From NCBI GenBank assembly GCA_024346625.1, contig AP024666.1:434001-498000 (forward strand): DNA of 64,000 nucleotides, given 5' to 3'. The notes below the pieces were generated by a model that worked only from the letters and a program-made list of their open reading frames with translations, was not told where the DNA came from and did not search any database. This document shows positions 54,107 through 64,000 of the stretch, one piece after another (positions within the stretch are counted from its first letter, which is position 1; every line of letters begins with the position of its first letter). Both the position numbers and the translations under genes were made by a program. Source of the stretch: Williopsis jadinii. Taxonomy: Eukaryota.

Positions 54107-56167
54107 ATGGCACCGGGTCCATCAGAGGGTGCGAAGGCCGAGTATGAGAGGCTTAAGGCACTGAGTGACAATGGAACTTACGTTCCAAGAGTGAAATTGC
54201 GTGCGTTGATGGAACAGATCAACGGTGGTGAAGGATCAGTTGAGATGCAGAGGATGCGATGGGACACGCTGAAGAAGGAGATCAATGGATTGGTGAACAA
54301 AGTGAACGTTTCCAACATTAGGAGTATCGTTGTTGAGCTGTTCAAGCTGAATCTCCACAGAGGGATGGGCCTGCTGGTGCGCACGCTTATGAAGGCACAG
54401 AACCAGGCACCTACGTTTACGCCGGTATACGCTTCTCTTGTTGCGATTCTGAACTCAAAGATCCCAGAAATTGGGAAGCTACTGGTGTCAAGGTTGGTGT
54501 TACAGTTCAGGAAGGCATTCAAGAGAAATATCAGTGTCCTGTCGATATCTTCAACGACGTTTCTGGCCCATCTGTGCAACCAACAGGTTTGCCATGAAAT
54601 TATAGTACTGGAGATCATGCGTTTGCTGCTTCTACATCCTACGGACGACTCTATCGACATCTGCTGTTCTATGTTGAAACAGTGTGGCTTATTTCTACAG
54701 GAGATGAGCTCCAACGCAGTTATGGGGATATATGAGCAACTGAGGGTGATATTGCAAGAGGGTAAGATCCAGAAACGTACGCAGTTTCTCATTGAAATTT
54801 CATTTCAAATAAGGAGAGATGGATACAAGGATCACCCTGTGATCGCAGAGGGACTCGACCTAGTTGATGAGGAAGACCTAGTGACTCACGAAATAAGGCT
54901 CGATGATAAATTGAAAGCACAGGATAACCTCAATGTCTTTGCCGTGGATGAGCATTACGACGAGAACGAGGAGAAGTACAACCAACTACGCCATGAGATA
55001 CTCGGAAGTGACGATGAAGAGGAGAAAGAGGAAGCTGAGGGTGAAGATGCAGGCGAGGATGATCAGTTGGAGAATGAGTACGACGGCGAACATGAAGTTG
55101 AGTCACATGATGAACAACCTTCCTCTACAAGCACAACCCAGACCGTGATTAAAGATATGACAGAGACAAATCTAACCAACTTCCGTAAAACTATTTACCT
55201 CACGTTGAAGGGCTCCATGTCTGCAGACGAGGCAGTTCACAAGATTCTCAAACTTCGAGTGAAAACGGAGGAGGAAGTCCGAGTTGTTGAAGTCATCGTA
55301 CAGGGGTGCTCTCAAGAACGCACATACACGAAGTACTATGGATCAGTTGGTGAAAAGCTCAGTGGTCAATCTTCTTCATGGGCTGATGCGTTTAACCAGG
55401 TCTTCAAGGAGACCTATGAGACGATACACAGGCTGGAACCGAACCAGCTGAGAAACGTTTCCAAGTTCTGGGGCCATATGTTGTCATCAGATGCACTGGG
55501 ATGGGAGTCGTTAGAATGCATCAAACTCACAGAGTCTGATACTTCAAGTGCTGGGAGAATATTCTTGAAGTTCCTCTTCCAGGAACTTGTTGAGGAATTG
55601 GGGATTCCACATCTCAAAGAGAGACTCACTGAGGATTTCATTGCACCGTACATTGAAGGCATATTCCCACACGAAGATTCTCATCATCTGCAGTTCTCGA
55701 TCAATTACTTCACAGCAATTGGTTTAGGTATTCTGACGGATGATATGAGGGATGCGTTGGATGCTATAAAAAGGAAGAGAATTGAAGAACGTGGGAGAAG
55801 CCTGTCGAGATCTGGAACACCATCCAGATCACCATCTTACAGTCGAACCCCTTCTCCGTACTCCAGAACACCATCCAGGTCGCCTGTGCGTGGACGCAGT
55901 GATAGGCGCCGTGAAGGAGGATTCCGTGGCCGTTCACAGTCTCCTTCACGCTCACCAGCCTCAGCGAGAGCAGGCTATGTTGGTAGGTCAAGATCTCCAA
56001 ACAGCCATAGAGGGCAAAGTCCAGCCATCAGTGGTGGTGATTACAGGGATAGTGTGAGATACAGAAGCGGCGCACTGAACGATCAGGAGGAGGAATTCAA
56101 GAAGAGCAACTTTTACTCACGTCAGACTACAAGGCAACAGCACGCAAGACATCGTGATTACCATTAA
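54107..56167 (+). CDS. CWC22: Splicing factor Cwc22 (MIF4G + MA3) with RS-rich tail
   Basis: GTYVPRVKLR, WDTLKKEINGLVNKVNVSNI and FSINYFTAIGLG; ATG at 54107. Confidence 0.95.
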   Translation: MAPGPSEGAKAEYERLKALSDNGTYVPRVKLRALMEQINGGEGSVEMQRMRWDTLKKEINGLVNKVNVSNIRSIVVELFKLNLHRGMGLLVRTLMKAQNQAPTFTPVYASLVAILNSKIPEIGKLLVSRLVLQFRKAFKRNISVLSISSTTFLAHLCNQQVCHEIIVLEIMRLLLLHPTDDSIDICCSMLKQCGLFLQEMSSNAVMGIYEQLRVILQEGKIQKRTQFLIEISFQIRRDGYKDHPVIAEGLDLVDEEDLVTHEIRLDDKLKAQDNLNVFAVDEHYDENEEKYNQLRHEILGSDDEEEKEEAEGEDAGEDDQLENEYDGEHEVESHDEQPSSTSTTQTVIKDMTETNLTNFRKTIYLTLKGSMSADEAVHKILKLRVKTEEEVRVVEVIVQGCSQERTYTKYYGSVGEKLSGQSSSWADAFNQVFKETYETIHRLEPNQLRNVSKFWGHMLSSDALGWESLECIKLTESDTSSAGRIFLKFLFQELVEELGIPHLKERLTEDFIAPYIEGIFPHEDSHHLQFSINYFTAIGLGILTDDMRDALDAIKRKRIEERGRSLSRSGTPSRSPSYSRTPSPYSRTPSRSPVRGRSDRRREGGFRGRSQSPSRSPASARAGYVGRSRSPNSHRGQSPAISGGDYRDSVRYRSGALNDQEEEFKKSNFYSRQTTRQQHARHRDYH

Positions 56168-56404
56168 TTCACGAGACAACTTACAAACTCATTACATGTT
56201 GTAGTAGAACAGTAATATGTCATAATGAAATTGATATATAAAAACATAGCGACAGCTTGTTAGAGAATAGAAGTAAAAACATTCGGTAGAGATGATTGTG
56301 GGTCTATACCATGAATGTTGATCACGTCAATAGAGTAGAAGAGTAAAGTAATATAAAAAAAGTTTCAGAAATTGGGTATCAAAGTAGTGACAATTTGATC
56401 AGGC

Positions 56405-57541
56405 TTAGTAAATACCCCAGTACTTCTCACAGTTTTGAGCACCGTCAGCCTTCCACAAATCATCGAAGGCGGTGAACAAAATAGCAGAAGAACCACAAGA
56501 GGCCTTGATAGAAGAGATAGCACTCTTTTGAGCCTCTGGGGAAGCAATAGCCTTACCGTAAGTGTCACCCTTGTGTGGCCAGCCGGTCTCGGTGACCAAG
56601 ACGTTCTTGTTACCACCACAAGCGGACCAGACTCTTTGGATTTGCAACAACAACCACTCACCAGAATCAGCAGCGACGGTGTTGTAGTCAAAGTAAGCAT
56701 GAGCGTTAATGGCAATGTAGTCAGAGATGTCACACAAACCTGGGTTGTTAATGGTAGCAACGTGGGTGTCGACAGAGACAACTGGGCCAGTGTAGCCAGC
56801 AGCAGTCAAAGCAGATCTACCAGTGGAGACGTAGGAAGCAACTTGGGAAACAGTAGCAGAACCACCGTTGACAAGCTCGTTACCGATGGAGACGGTGTAA
56901 ACATCGTCCCAAGAACCGTAGGAGCTGATAGCAGAAGCCATTTGAGAGATACCGGCCTCAATTTGATCCATGAAGTAGATACCCAAGAAAAGCTTTTGAC
57001 CAGAAGCCTTAGCTTGCAAAACGTTCTCAACTTGGTTACAGTCAACACCGTACAATCTAATAAGACTGTAGGAAGAGAGCTCAGCAAGGTCAGACTTGAC
57101 TTCAGAAAGTGACTTACAAGCACCAGAAGAGGTGTATGGAGAGTAAGTAATACCCTTGGCACCGGCAGCGAAGCTGGAAGAGTCATCATCTGGAAGAGAA
57201 CCATCTCCGGTGGAAGAAGCAGTGGCTTGAGAGGTGGAGGAGGTGGCCACAGTTGAAGCAGTGGTGTGAGTAGAAGCATCAGCAACTGGAGCCTGGAGTG
57301 TGTAGGCAGACTCAGTAGCAGTGGTAGCTGCGGCGTTAGAAACGACAGACTCCAAAAGAACGGTGGTGGACTCACCACTGACTTCTTGAGGAGCACCCGC
57401 GGTAACGTAGACAACTTCGGTCTCAGTGACGACAACAACACCACGCTTGTGTTGGTTGTGTTGGTGGGCTGGCAAGGCAGTAACAGAGCCGATCAAGGAA
57501 GCAGCAACAGCAGCTGTCTTAATCAAAGAAGAGAACAACAT
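56405..57541 (-). CDS. SCW4: GH17 cell-wall glucanase-like protein (Scw4/Scw10)
   Basis: Signal peptide and KR site; GITYSPY, IRLYGVDCNQV, SIGNELVN and VTETGWP; ATG at 57541. Confidence 0.95.
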   Translation of the reverse strand: MLFSSLIKTAAVAASLIGSVTALPAHQHNQHKRGVVVVTETEVVYVTAGAPQEVSGESTTVLLESVVSNAAATTATESAYTLQAPVADASTHTTASTVATSSTSQATASSTGDGSLPDDDSSSFAAGAKGITYSPYTSSGACKSLSEVKSDLAELSSYSLIRLYGVDCNQVENVLQAKASGQKLFLGIYFMDQIEAGISQMASAISSYGSWDDVYTVSIGNELVNGGSATVSQVASYVSTGRSALTAAGYTGPVVSVDTHVATINNPGLCDISDYIAINAHAYFDYNTVAADSGEWLLLQIQRVWSACGGNKNVLVTETGWPHKGDTYGKAIASPEAQKSAISSIKASCGSSAILFTAFDDLWKADGAQNCEKYWGIY

Positions 57542-59399
57542 TGCTTTAAACGGAGAATAAAGAGCGTAAAAAGTTTGCTGAAACACGTAAACAAGACTGT
57601 CAAAGGAGTGATAAAAGAGGGATTTCTTTCGTTGTCTTAAAGAATGAACTAAGGTTGGATAATAACGAAAGTGGTTTGAAGTCGTTTAACTCTCTGTGTA
57701 AAGGAAGGAACAGTGAGTAAAAAGTTTTCTGATTTCAAGGGATTGAAAGTGAACAGGTGAAAAGGAAAGAAAGGAAAATGTCAAGTGGTGAAGAAGGGAA
57801 AAAATATGAGTCGCCTTGAAACGCAATTTGGGAATTTACAACAACTTTGAGAATTTTTCTTTAGAGTTTCCTTGGTATGTACTGTAGAACGCCGTACACA
57901 GACTATGTTGCTACAGCAACAAGCACGAAAACTTTTGAAAAAAAAAGTCCCAGATCCGATCTCTCATGCAACATTTGAGAACACTACAACCGCGACTGGG
58001 ACTTGAAATCTCGAGATAATTGACGACGGCTAGGGGAAGTTGAGTCTTATATGAGACTAAGTATTGTTGGTATACGATCCGTCAACAATACCCAGCAGGG
58101 CCATTCTCCACGTTGAACAACGACTGACATAACAGTCAGCAAACTGTAGGCATTGGTCTTGTGCTGGAGATGAAATCGCTTGTGGGTGCTGAGTCGTCCA
58201 AGTACCGAATTCTTGTCCCGGTACCTCCATCATTTTGGCCGTGCAGCGTATAGAGTTAGTGTTTAATTGTTGCTCCTACATAGTTTGCGGCCGGTGATAG
58301 AGTTCAATTGTTTCTGGGTGTACTGGAGACTTGGTATTATACGACTTCAAGGTGTACATAAATATATTATGAGGGCAATCAGAGTGTTTGGTATATAATC
58401 AGCCACGGATCTCTGTTGTCGTTCAAGTAGGGACTGGCTGTTCAGTATCGACGACGAAGGTCATGTGTTGTTCGACCTATTGGGCATAATGGCGCCCAAT
58501 GAGGATTTGGCAGATGTCCAGGTCTTTGGAGAATTAGCTCTACAGAATGTAGACCTAATAACTTCATAGTCTTGGCCGAAATAACCCTTTTCCCTATTGG
58601 TTTTTTCCCATGAGAGAATTCAGGAAAGTGGAAGGTGGATAACCTGTGCAAAGTACGAGGTTTCAACTGATACCTAATACGTAGATGCTTTATGTTCTAG
58701 AACCAGTATGTACAACCTCTTACAAGGCACTGTTTAGCTTGGCTTCGGCTTGATTTTAACCCCTCGTGCGGGCTACTAAAGGCCATTACACCTTCAAGTA
58801 ATTTTACATTGAGTAATTGCGGTATTTGCGAAAATATAAGTCCAATTGCTAGAGATCGTCGTTGAGTACATCCATAGACCGCAAATATCCCTGGTCTATT
58901 GGCTAGTTGATCGCTTCAAGATTAGGCTCAATGTCAGCTTGATAACTAATGGTGCTTTCAGATACGGAAAACCACAGACGAATTGTTGACGTTAACCTTG
59001 ATTATGGTTAACAAAAGTTGCCGTTAAGTTAGAGATTATCTGTATAGGGAACCGCTAGCAATCCAGAAGTTATAACTAGGTCATAATTCTAGGATAACCC
59101 GAGATTATAATTTCAAGTCCCATTAGACCCGGAATACACCTCGGTCTGAGATTTTGGAGACTTGTCAGCAGCATTCTGCTGCCTCAACCCTTTTTTTCCG
59201 GCCATCACTGGGCCCGGGAAAACGGCCGCTTCACCATACTAATTTTTTTTCGCCGCATATTGGACAAAACAAGAGCTCCGAAAATCCGCCGGCTCCCCAT
59301 AGTTAAGGGTGGAAAAGGCTGAGAATCTCGCAGTTTGGGGGGGATTTTGTGGTCAAGTCGGTGAAAATGGCAGAATCGCGGCCAAATAGGTAAAAATTT

Positions 59400-59591
59400 T
59401 GCACACTAACCGGGCTGGGACTTGAAAATCGGAAGTTACACGGGCAAATTGGTGGAAATTGGCAGACTGACCGGGATGGGACTTGAAAATTGGAAATTGC
59501 ACGGGCAAATTGGTGGAAATTGGCAGACTAACCGGGCAGGGACTAGAAAATCGGAAGTTGCACGGACAAATTGGTGAAAATTGGCAGACTC
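59400..59591 (+). repeat. 61-bp tandem repeat x3 plus a partial copy (left subterminal region)
   Basis: Units GGCAGACTRACCGGG..GGGACTWGAAAAT.GGAA.TTGCACGG.CAAATTGGTGRAAATT starting at ~59400, 59461 and 59522; partial at 59583. Confidence 0.95.
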
Positions 59592-59869
59592 AAGGTCAGA
59601 AAGATGAAAATTCAGGGGGGATCGCAACCGGATATGAGACTTTTCAGACCTTTTTGGTAGATTTTCTTCAGGGCTCACAACTTATGAGGGGCCTGATGTT
59701 AGCTTGAAGTGCACGCGGTGGTTACCTCAACGTTGACGTTAATTTCCATTAAAGGCAAGTTACCAGTGTAAATACATAGGAAACACTTTGAAGAACAGCA
59801 ACAAGATATGTAATTATGCCTAGAAAGCCATACCTGAGCGATAATTACATGAATCTGAGATGTTTGTCG

Positions 59870-60300
59870 AGCAATAAGCGCATTAGACTTGTAAACTGTA
59901 TAAACTGCAAGAAGCGATATCTTAGCTAGTCATAAGTCATTGTGGGCCAGAAACTCAAATTTGATTGAAGTTGGACATCTGAATTTGAATGAAGCCACTC
60001 TTTGGATTCGTTGGTTTAGACTCGCCATGAAACAGTAATCCTCCATGGAGGTTGGATTCCTGCAAGGGCCAGTCTTGTAATCCCTGATCACATAAAGAGA
60101 AGTCTCTGTCGCTATGTAAAATAGGGGGTGCACAGTAGTGTATATACACTGTAAAGTACAATTTTGCGAAAAACTAAGTGGTAGGGGCAGCTGAGGAATC
60201 TCTCACTCAACACATAATAGTCTACTTGTTCCTCTTAAAGGAGGACATTGTAACAATAGACTGACACAGTTAATGCATTAAACACTAAACTCATGGTCTA
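59870..60300 (-). pseudogene. Ginger2/KRBA2-like integrase core relic inside the TIR element
   Basis: APPILHSDRDFS (~GAPSILQSDNGREF), LQDWP...FHGESKPTNPKS (~MWPxLKIVHGKPRHSQS) and LQFIQFT (~LRFVQFM), in order. Confidence 0.5.
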
Positions 60301-60767
60301 TAATATAGTAAAGTTAGATTTGTCTTTGTGTTTTTAAGAATTTTCTTTGGCGAGATTTGAGTATTTACTTAAGAAAAGCACGTCCATTATATATAAGAAA
60401 AGTTAAAGAGCTATTTATGTTGTAAAATGCCCAAAACAAGCAATTAAAGCACCCAACTAAGGAGCTAAATTAAAGACCATCAAGTTCTTCAATGGTTCTG
60501 AGCTATCAGTAATAGATTCAAAGCTATAAGACGGTCTAGGATATCACGTTTAACAAGTTGATGTGTAGCGACTTCGGTACGGTGATTCGCTATGATGTTC
60601 TAGCTCTCAGACAACCAAATTGGGAACGCCTCGCTGCATGGATCGACGGAATGTCCTAAAAGGGCGCATAGATGGCCTAAAACAGGTTCCTAAAACGTAC
60701 AATTTGTAAACAAACCTTCGTAAACAGGTAAACATTGAAGCAAGTAAACAATTGATTGGACGATGCT

Positions 60768-60825
60768 ACCTAAGTCGACATACCCACCTTAGTTGCCATA
60801 ACCACCTAAGTTGCCATACCCACCT
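60768..60825 (+). repeat. 18-bp tandem repeat ACCTWAGTYGMCATAMCC x3
   Basis: Directly visible, ~20 bp upstream of TATAAA (60845). Confidence 0.9.
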
Positions 60826-60983
60826 GTCCTCCGTGGCCAAAGGGTATAAAGGTAGTCCCCAATCTTTCAAAAATGTTTTCCCTCCCTTCCTTCCAAGCAC
60901 TCCATGGAAACAAGTTTACTTCAAGGAGCTTTGGCTTGAAACAATTAGGCATGGTTGATGCTACCCTCCTATAGTGCTTGGTT

Positions 60984-61186
60984 GTATGTATTCAACCAGT
61001 ACATTCGATTCAAAGAACACCTGTTCTTACCACGAAGAGTTACCTTTACTACTAACGAAAATAGAAGGCAATGGTTGGGCTGGGGAAAGCAGAAAAGCTA
61101 CTGATCAAACGAGTTACTAGGTATGTTGAATTGAGGATAAGGGATGGGGGAATTGGAAGATGAACACTACTAACACACTTATACAG
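60984..61186 (+). other. Two consecutive consensus spliceosomal introns (60984-61064 and 61121-61186) around a 56-nt exon
   Basis: Each has GTATGT, TACTAAC (61050-61056; 61168-61174) and YAG at normal spacing. Confidence 0.75.
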
Positions 61187-61355
61187 ATGACAACAGGTGG
61201 TTGCTGGGTGCCTTTACATAATAGCCATTGCACTAGTCTGATATCCCTTGTTGTTCTTTCTCTCGAATTGGCCTATTATCATGATCCATTTTGTTTTATT
61301 TCGTTGGTAACGTGACATTGGTTGGTTTCTGGTAAGTTTCTGGTAAGTTTATCCT

Positions 61356-61460
61356 TTTCATTTCAGACTTTCATTTCATTTCGAGCTTTCTTTCCATTTC
61401 AGGCTTTCATTTCATTTCAGGCTTTCTTTCCATTTCGGGGTTTCTTTCCATTTCAAGTTT
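61356..61460 (+). repeat. ~19-20-bp tandem repeat CTTTC(A)TTYCATTTCAGG x~5 (right subterminal region)
   Basis: Directly visible; a 12-bp GTTTCTGGTAA(G) duplication also lies just upstream. Confidence 0.85.
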
Positions 61461-62444
61461 GCTGAGGGTTTTCTATATTTGGATTTTATTTTTGCTATTT
61501 TTGCAAAAAATAATTTCCGCATTTTACTGCATGCATTGCATTCCAAATTTGGAATTTTTGCCAATTTCATAAAACGAAAATTAAAATAATAAAAATATTA
61601 AAAATTTAATTATTATGTAATTATAACTAATTCCGAATTTATTATGTAATCAATCATAATCCCGAATTTGGTTGGAGCACTATCCAACTCTAGTCCCATG
61701 TCGGTTTGAGTCCAACTTTGCCGACATTACGTGTTCCAACCACCTGATTATATAAGCCATTGCCCATTTTTTTCGCGGAAGAAAAATGGCCAATTTTTGG
61801 TCGATTTTTCCCGGGCCCAGTGCATAAAGGAAATCTCAATCTCGCCTGATTCGGACAAAAAGTCAACACTTCCAGTCCCAAATTGGCAAATCAAAACATA
61901 GCAACCGCAATCTGAAACGGGTTTTGGGGCGTAAAGCAACAAAATACACAACGCACATGTAAAAGGGGGAAGAGTGGTTACGTCAGCACAGAACTAAAAA
62001 ACCTACAACAAACAGTTACCATTAAGCGCACAATAGTCTGAACTTTCAATTAATAAAACTCGCAGCAATAATCAGTACTACTCAGGTATTAACAAAGTGA
62101 TTCTCACCCATCTAGATACAAAAGAGATTAACGCTCTTTAACACGTTTTTTCAGCGTTTTTTATTTCTTTTTTTTTTGCTCGTTCCGTGGTTTGCAAACA
62201 TCAAAAATGAGGCTCAGAGGTGTTTTTGTTTTTGATTGGTGGAATGTCTAATCTGGGTCTGCATTGGCATAGAATTCACCCTCACCCAAATTCCAATGAT
62301 ATTTACGAGTTTCCCGATTATAGCGAACATCAAACATCCATACACCACTGTTTACATTCCTTACGTAAGATCTGCAGTTTTGCGGTTTGTTTTCATTGTT
62401 CTCCAAAGACGTTCCGAACGTTTTTGTGCTTTTTAGCTCAATTT

Positions 62445-62453
62445 GACACAAAA
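62445..62453 (+). promoter_or_regulatory. Middle sporulation element (Ndt80/Sum1 site)
   Basis: GACACAAAA ~100 bp upstream of the FKS3-like ATG. Confidence 0.55.
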
Positions 62454-62553
62454 ACAATAAGGCCAAAGAAACTCGTTGCCGTCAGAGAAGACAAGATGCT
62501 AGGGTCAGAGTTGGTAGTGAAATTGTATCCGATACAGAAGTGGGAATACCAGT

Positions 62554-64000
62554 ATGCCCACAGTACCTGATCTTCATGAATCAACAGGTGTTGATGAGAA
62601 GATTATGCCAAATGATCATATCTCCACTGAACCTGTACCTGATATACACCCGAGAAACTTAGAAGATGGTATCGCAGGCATTGAACACAATGATTGGAAG
62701 GAAGACACGAGTTTACCCGTGAATGCACTACATGATTCTCGTGATGCCTTTCCTTCATGGAACAACGACGACTGTCCCATTACACAGGCTGAGATATACC
62801 ATATCTTTGAGAAGCTACGCGACAAATTTGGTTTCCAATGCTCCAGCATGGAGAATATGTTTGACCACTTGATGGTACAACTTGATTCTAGGGCGTCTAG
62901 GTTCCATCCTCTCCATGCCTTGACATCGTTACATGCTTCATACATCGGTGGTGAGAACTCCAACTATAAAAAATGGTTCTTTGCAGCACGGCTCGATTTA
63001 GATGAAGAGGTTGGCTTCTCGAACATGAAGTTATACGGCCTGGCACACAGACGCAACAAAAAGATAGCCAAAAGGAAGAATGTGGATATCAAGGAGGCTC
63101 GTAAAAGGGCAAAGGTACTGCAGGATGAATTTGCAGACAATTATATGAAGATACAGTACACGCCCGAGGAATTGGAGAGGAACTTTGATTTCATAATCGC
63201 AGATTATAAGTGGAAGATGAAGATGCAAGATCTAACACCTGCACAACAAGTTGAACAAATAGCTCTATACTTGTTGATATGGGGTGAATCAAATCAAATG
63301 AGATTCTTACCAGAGTGTATTTGTTTTATTTACAAATGTGCTTACGATTACTACGTATCACTTGAGTGCCAATCTTCGAATGAAAAGGTTCCAGAAGGCG
63401 AGTTTTTGGACAGCATTGCAACGCCCATATACAGGTTTTTGAGGGGTCAAATATACAAGATCTCAAGTGACGGTTCCATGACTCGTCGGGAACGAGACCA
63501 TAAGGATATTATAGGATACGACGATGTAAATCAGTTATTTTGGTATCCAGAAGGGATTGAACGTATTAAAATGAAGTCAACAGGGGAACGCTTGGTTGAT
63601 ATTCCATTATCTCTAAGGTACTTATCATTGAAAGATGCTGACTGGGGGAATGCATTCTACAAGACTTATCGAGAGACAAGAACCTGGCTCCATTTAGCCA
63701 CAAACTTCAATAGAATATGGATAATTCACCTCTCGTCCTTCTGGTTCTTCACCTGTTTCAATTCTCCAACTCTCTACACCCACAATTACATGCAGTTATT
63801 GGATAACCCACCCACAAAACAGAGCCAACTCTCACTGATAGCGCTTGGAGGTACTCTTGTTTGCTTTATTCAACTTCTCGCAACAATTGCAGAATGGCAC
63901 TTCGTTCCTCGAGAATGGCCTGGAGCCCGACTGTTGTTTCCAAGATTTTTGTGCTTGGTATTGATCACGGTTATTAATGTATCACCATCGGTGTTCATAT
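62554..64000 (+). CDS. FKS3: 1,3-beta-glucan synthase family, N-terminal part (runs off the window; not in the ORF track)
   Basis: Open frame from ATG 62554: KFGFQCSSMENMFDHLMVQLDSRASR, LYLLIWGESNQMRFLPEC and IIGYDDVNQLFWYPEG. The order UBP15...SCW10-FKS3 and the upstream MSE favour FKS3. Confidence 0.88.
   Translation, partial: MPTVPDLHESTGVDEKIMPNDHISTEPVPDIHPRNLEDGIAGIEHNDWKEDTSLPVNALHDSRDAFPSWNNDDCPITQAEIYHIFEKLRDKFGFQCSSMENMFDHLMVQLDSRASRFHPLHALTSLHASYIGGENSNYKKWFFAARLDLDEEVGFSNMKLYGLAHRRNKKIAKRKNVDIKEARKRAKVLQDEFADNYMKIQYTPEELERNFDFIIADYKWKMKMQDLTPAQQVEQIALYLLIWGESNQMRFLPECICFIYKCAYDYYVSLECQSSNEKVPEGEFLDSIATPIYRFLRGQIYKISSDGSMTRRERDHKDIIGYDDVNQLFWYPEGIERIKMKSTGERLVDIPLSLRYLSLKDADWGNAFYKTYRETRTWLHLATNFNRIWIIHLSSFWFFTCFNSPTLYTHNYMQLLDNPPTKQSQLSLIALGGTLVCFIQLLATIAEWHFVPREWPGARLLFPRFLCLVLITVINVSPSVFI

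Larger units (their letters stand above)
59206..61822. mobile_element. 2617-bp TIR DNA transposon, CACTA/EnSpm-like architecture, non-autonomous
   Basis: Perfect 17-bp TIR CACTGGGCCCGGGAAAA (59206-59222; reverse complement at 61806-61822). 3-bp direct repeat CAT on both sides (59203-59205, 61823-61825). Subterminal repeats at both ends. Confidence 0.8.

Noticed and set aside
59400..59591. 61-bp repeats considered as a CRISPR array
   Set aside because: Eukaryotic context, and the units are contiguous with no unique spacers.
57600..62500. SCW4-FKS3 spacer considered as a Komagataella-style inverted-repeat centromere
   Set aside because: Inverted identity is limited to 13-17-bp motifs and stops exactly at a TSD, which fits a transposon rather than kb-scale centromeric repeats.
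1..64000. tRNA, rRNA or intact LTR pairs
   Set aside because: None recognised by eye; tRNAscan-SE and an LTR finder would be needed to exclude them.

Overview
Gene-dense window from a budding yeast (Saccharomycotina) that uses the standard genetic code: CTG encodes the invariant Leu of the kinase motif DLKPEN. Phaffomycetaceae (Cyberlindnera/Wickerhamomyces-like) is my inference only. There are about 26 protein genes, many in blocks that match S. cerevisiae gene order: MSH3-FPK1/KIN82-FIG2/AGA1-like adhesin-YCR090C-(PET494?)-TRM112; ROT1-CCS1-MNR2-SUB1-ARA2-YET; a TM9SF gene, URC4, RPS20, FOX2 and two tandem NCS1 permeases; QCR10, an MNN1-like gene, PDC1; and UBP15-CAB4-CWC22-SCW4/10-FKS3. 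CCS1, SUB1 and YET have introns that the ORF track misses. The most interesting sequence is intergenic. (1) A 2617-bp element at 59206-61822 has perfect 17-bp CACTG...CAGTG terminal inverted repeats, a 3-bp CAT target-site duplication and subterminal repeats, and it contains two consensus spliceosomal introns and a Ginger2/KRBA2-like integrase relic; this is CACTA/EnSpm-like architecture. (2) A Helitron helicase relic abuts a gypsy-type integrase relic at 9.5-10.7 kb. (3) A ~7.5-kb relic cluster at 34-41.5 kb holds PIF/Harbinger-like, Ginger2-like and GPY/F fragments. (4) A candidate intronic C/D snoRNA at ~8.12-8.22 kb has a guide for 18S U1231. All family assignments come from motif recognition by eye; no searches were run.
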